A model generated the notes under the pieces. It did not search any database, was not told the DNA's origin, and saw only the letters and a list, made by a program, of their open reading frames with translations. Both the position numbers and the translations under genes were made by a program. A stretch of 63,774 nucleotides of DNA, the filler included, from Octopus bimaculoides (Eukaryota), in the NCBI RefSeq assembly GCF_001194135.2. It is 6 parts of 6 records of this genome, joined end to end, with 100 filler letters (N's around TTAATTAATTAA, not from the genome) between each part and the next. Parts side by side here need not be neighbours in the genome. Positions count along the whole stretch, not along the records: positions 61,648 to 63,774 come from NW_026423453.1; 5 more parts are not named here. One strand, 5' to 3'. The stretch's first letter is position 1; every line of letters starts with the position of its first letter. Of the stretch, positions 63,391 through 63,774 are shown piece after piece.

Positions 63391-63774
63391 AGTTACTACA
63401 TTAAGACTGAGACATGTAAAAGATATATGTGTGACGGTGTATGACAAGGGAAAGGTCACAAAATGTCAGAAATCTGTCGCAAAAGAAAACAAATATCTAA
63501 AGCTATATTAAAAGATTACGAGTTGGAAATCAGTGGAGCAATCAGGAATATGTGTTGACGAGGACATTTACTAGAAGAGAAATTACTGAGGGATTGATAT
63601 AGTTCAGTTGAATGTCTGACCATTTTACAATTAATTACAGTTAGAGAACCATCAGGCAATAAAACATTATTTCATTGTAACTTTGGTTCATCTCCACCAA
63701 TACAAAATGGATGGTTGCCACTGTTTCTGTTGTTGTTGTTGTTGTTGTTGTTGTTATTGTTGTTGTTGTTGTTG

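Overview
AT-rich, microsatellite-dense animal genomic DNA. Its SINE, RTE and mariner repertoire looks like an octopus (cephalopod) genome; this is inferred from repeat-family resemblance, not verified. The window consists of six contigs joined by five artificial 100-bp spacers (44 N + TTAATTAATTAA + 44 N), plus many ordinary N gaps. Three spliced genes can be reconstructed by hand. (1) A 5-exon + strand gene (23993-34332, about 604 aa): poly-Asn N-terminus, long coiled coil, C-terminal death domain. (2) A 3-exon - strand COX6A gene (45013-39757, 101 aa) that the ORF track misses entirely. (3) A 5'-truncated + strand mucin-like gene: one giant exon of at least 4.6 kb with about 42 His/aromatic-rich 14-aa repeats and a Cys-free Ser/Thr region, spliced in frame to an exon encoding the start of a NIDO domain (MUC4/Mesh-like architecture). 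A weaker - strand candidate gene starting MGKIVS lies at 12385-8736. The rest is intron and intergenic DNA with tRNA-derived SINEs, RTE and R4/Dong LINE fragments, decayed mariners, MITEs, hairpins and microsatellites. Two repeat families carry degenerate minimal hammerhead-ribozyme geometry. Most ORFs in the supplied track are microsatellite or gap artefacts.
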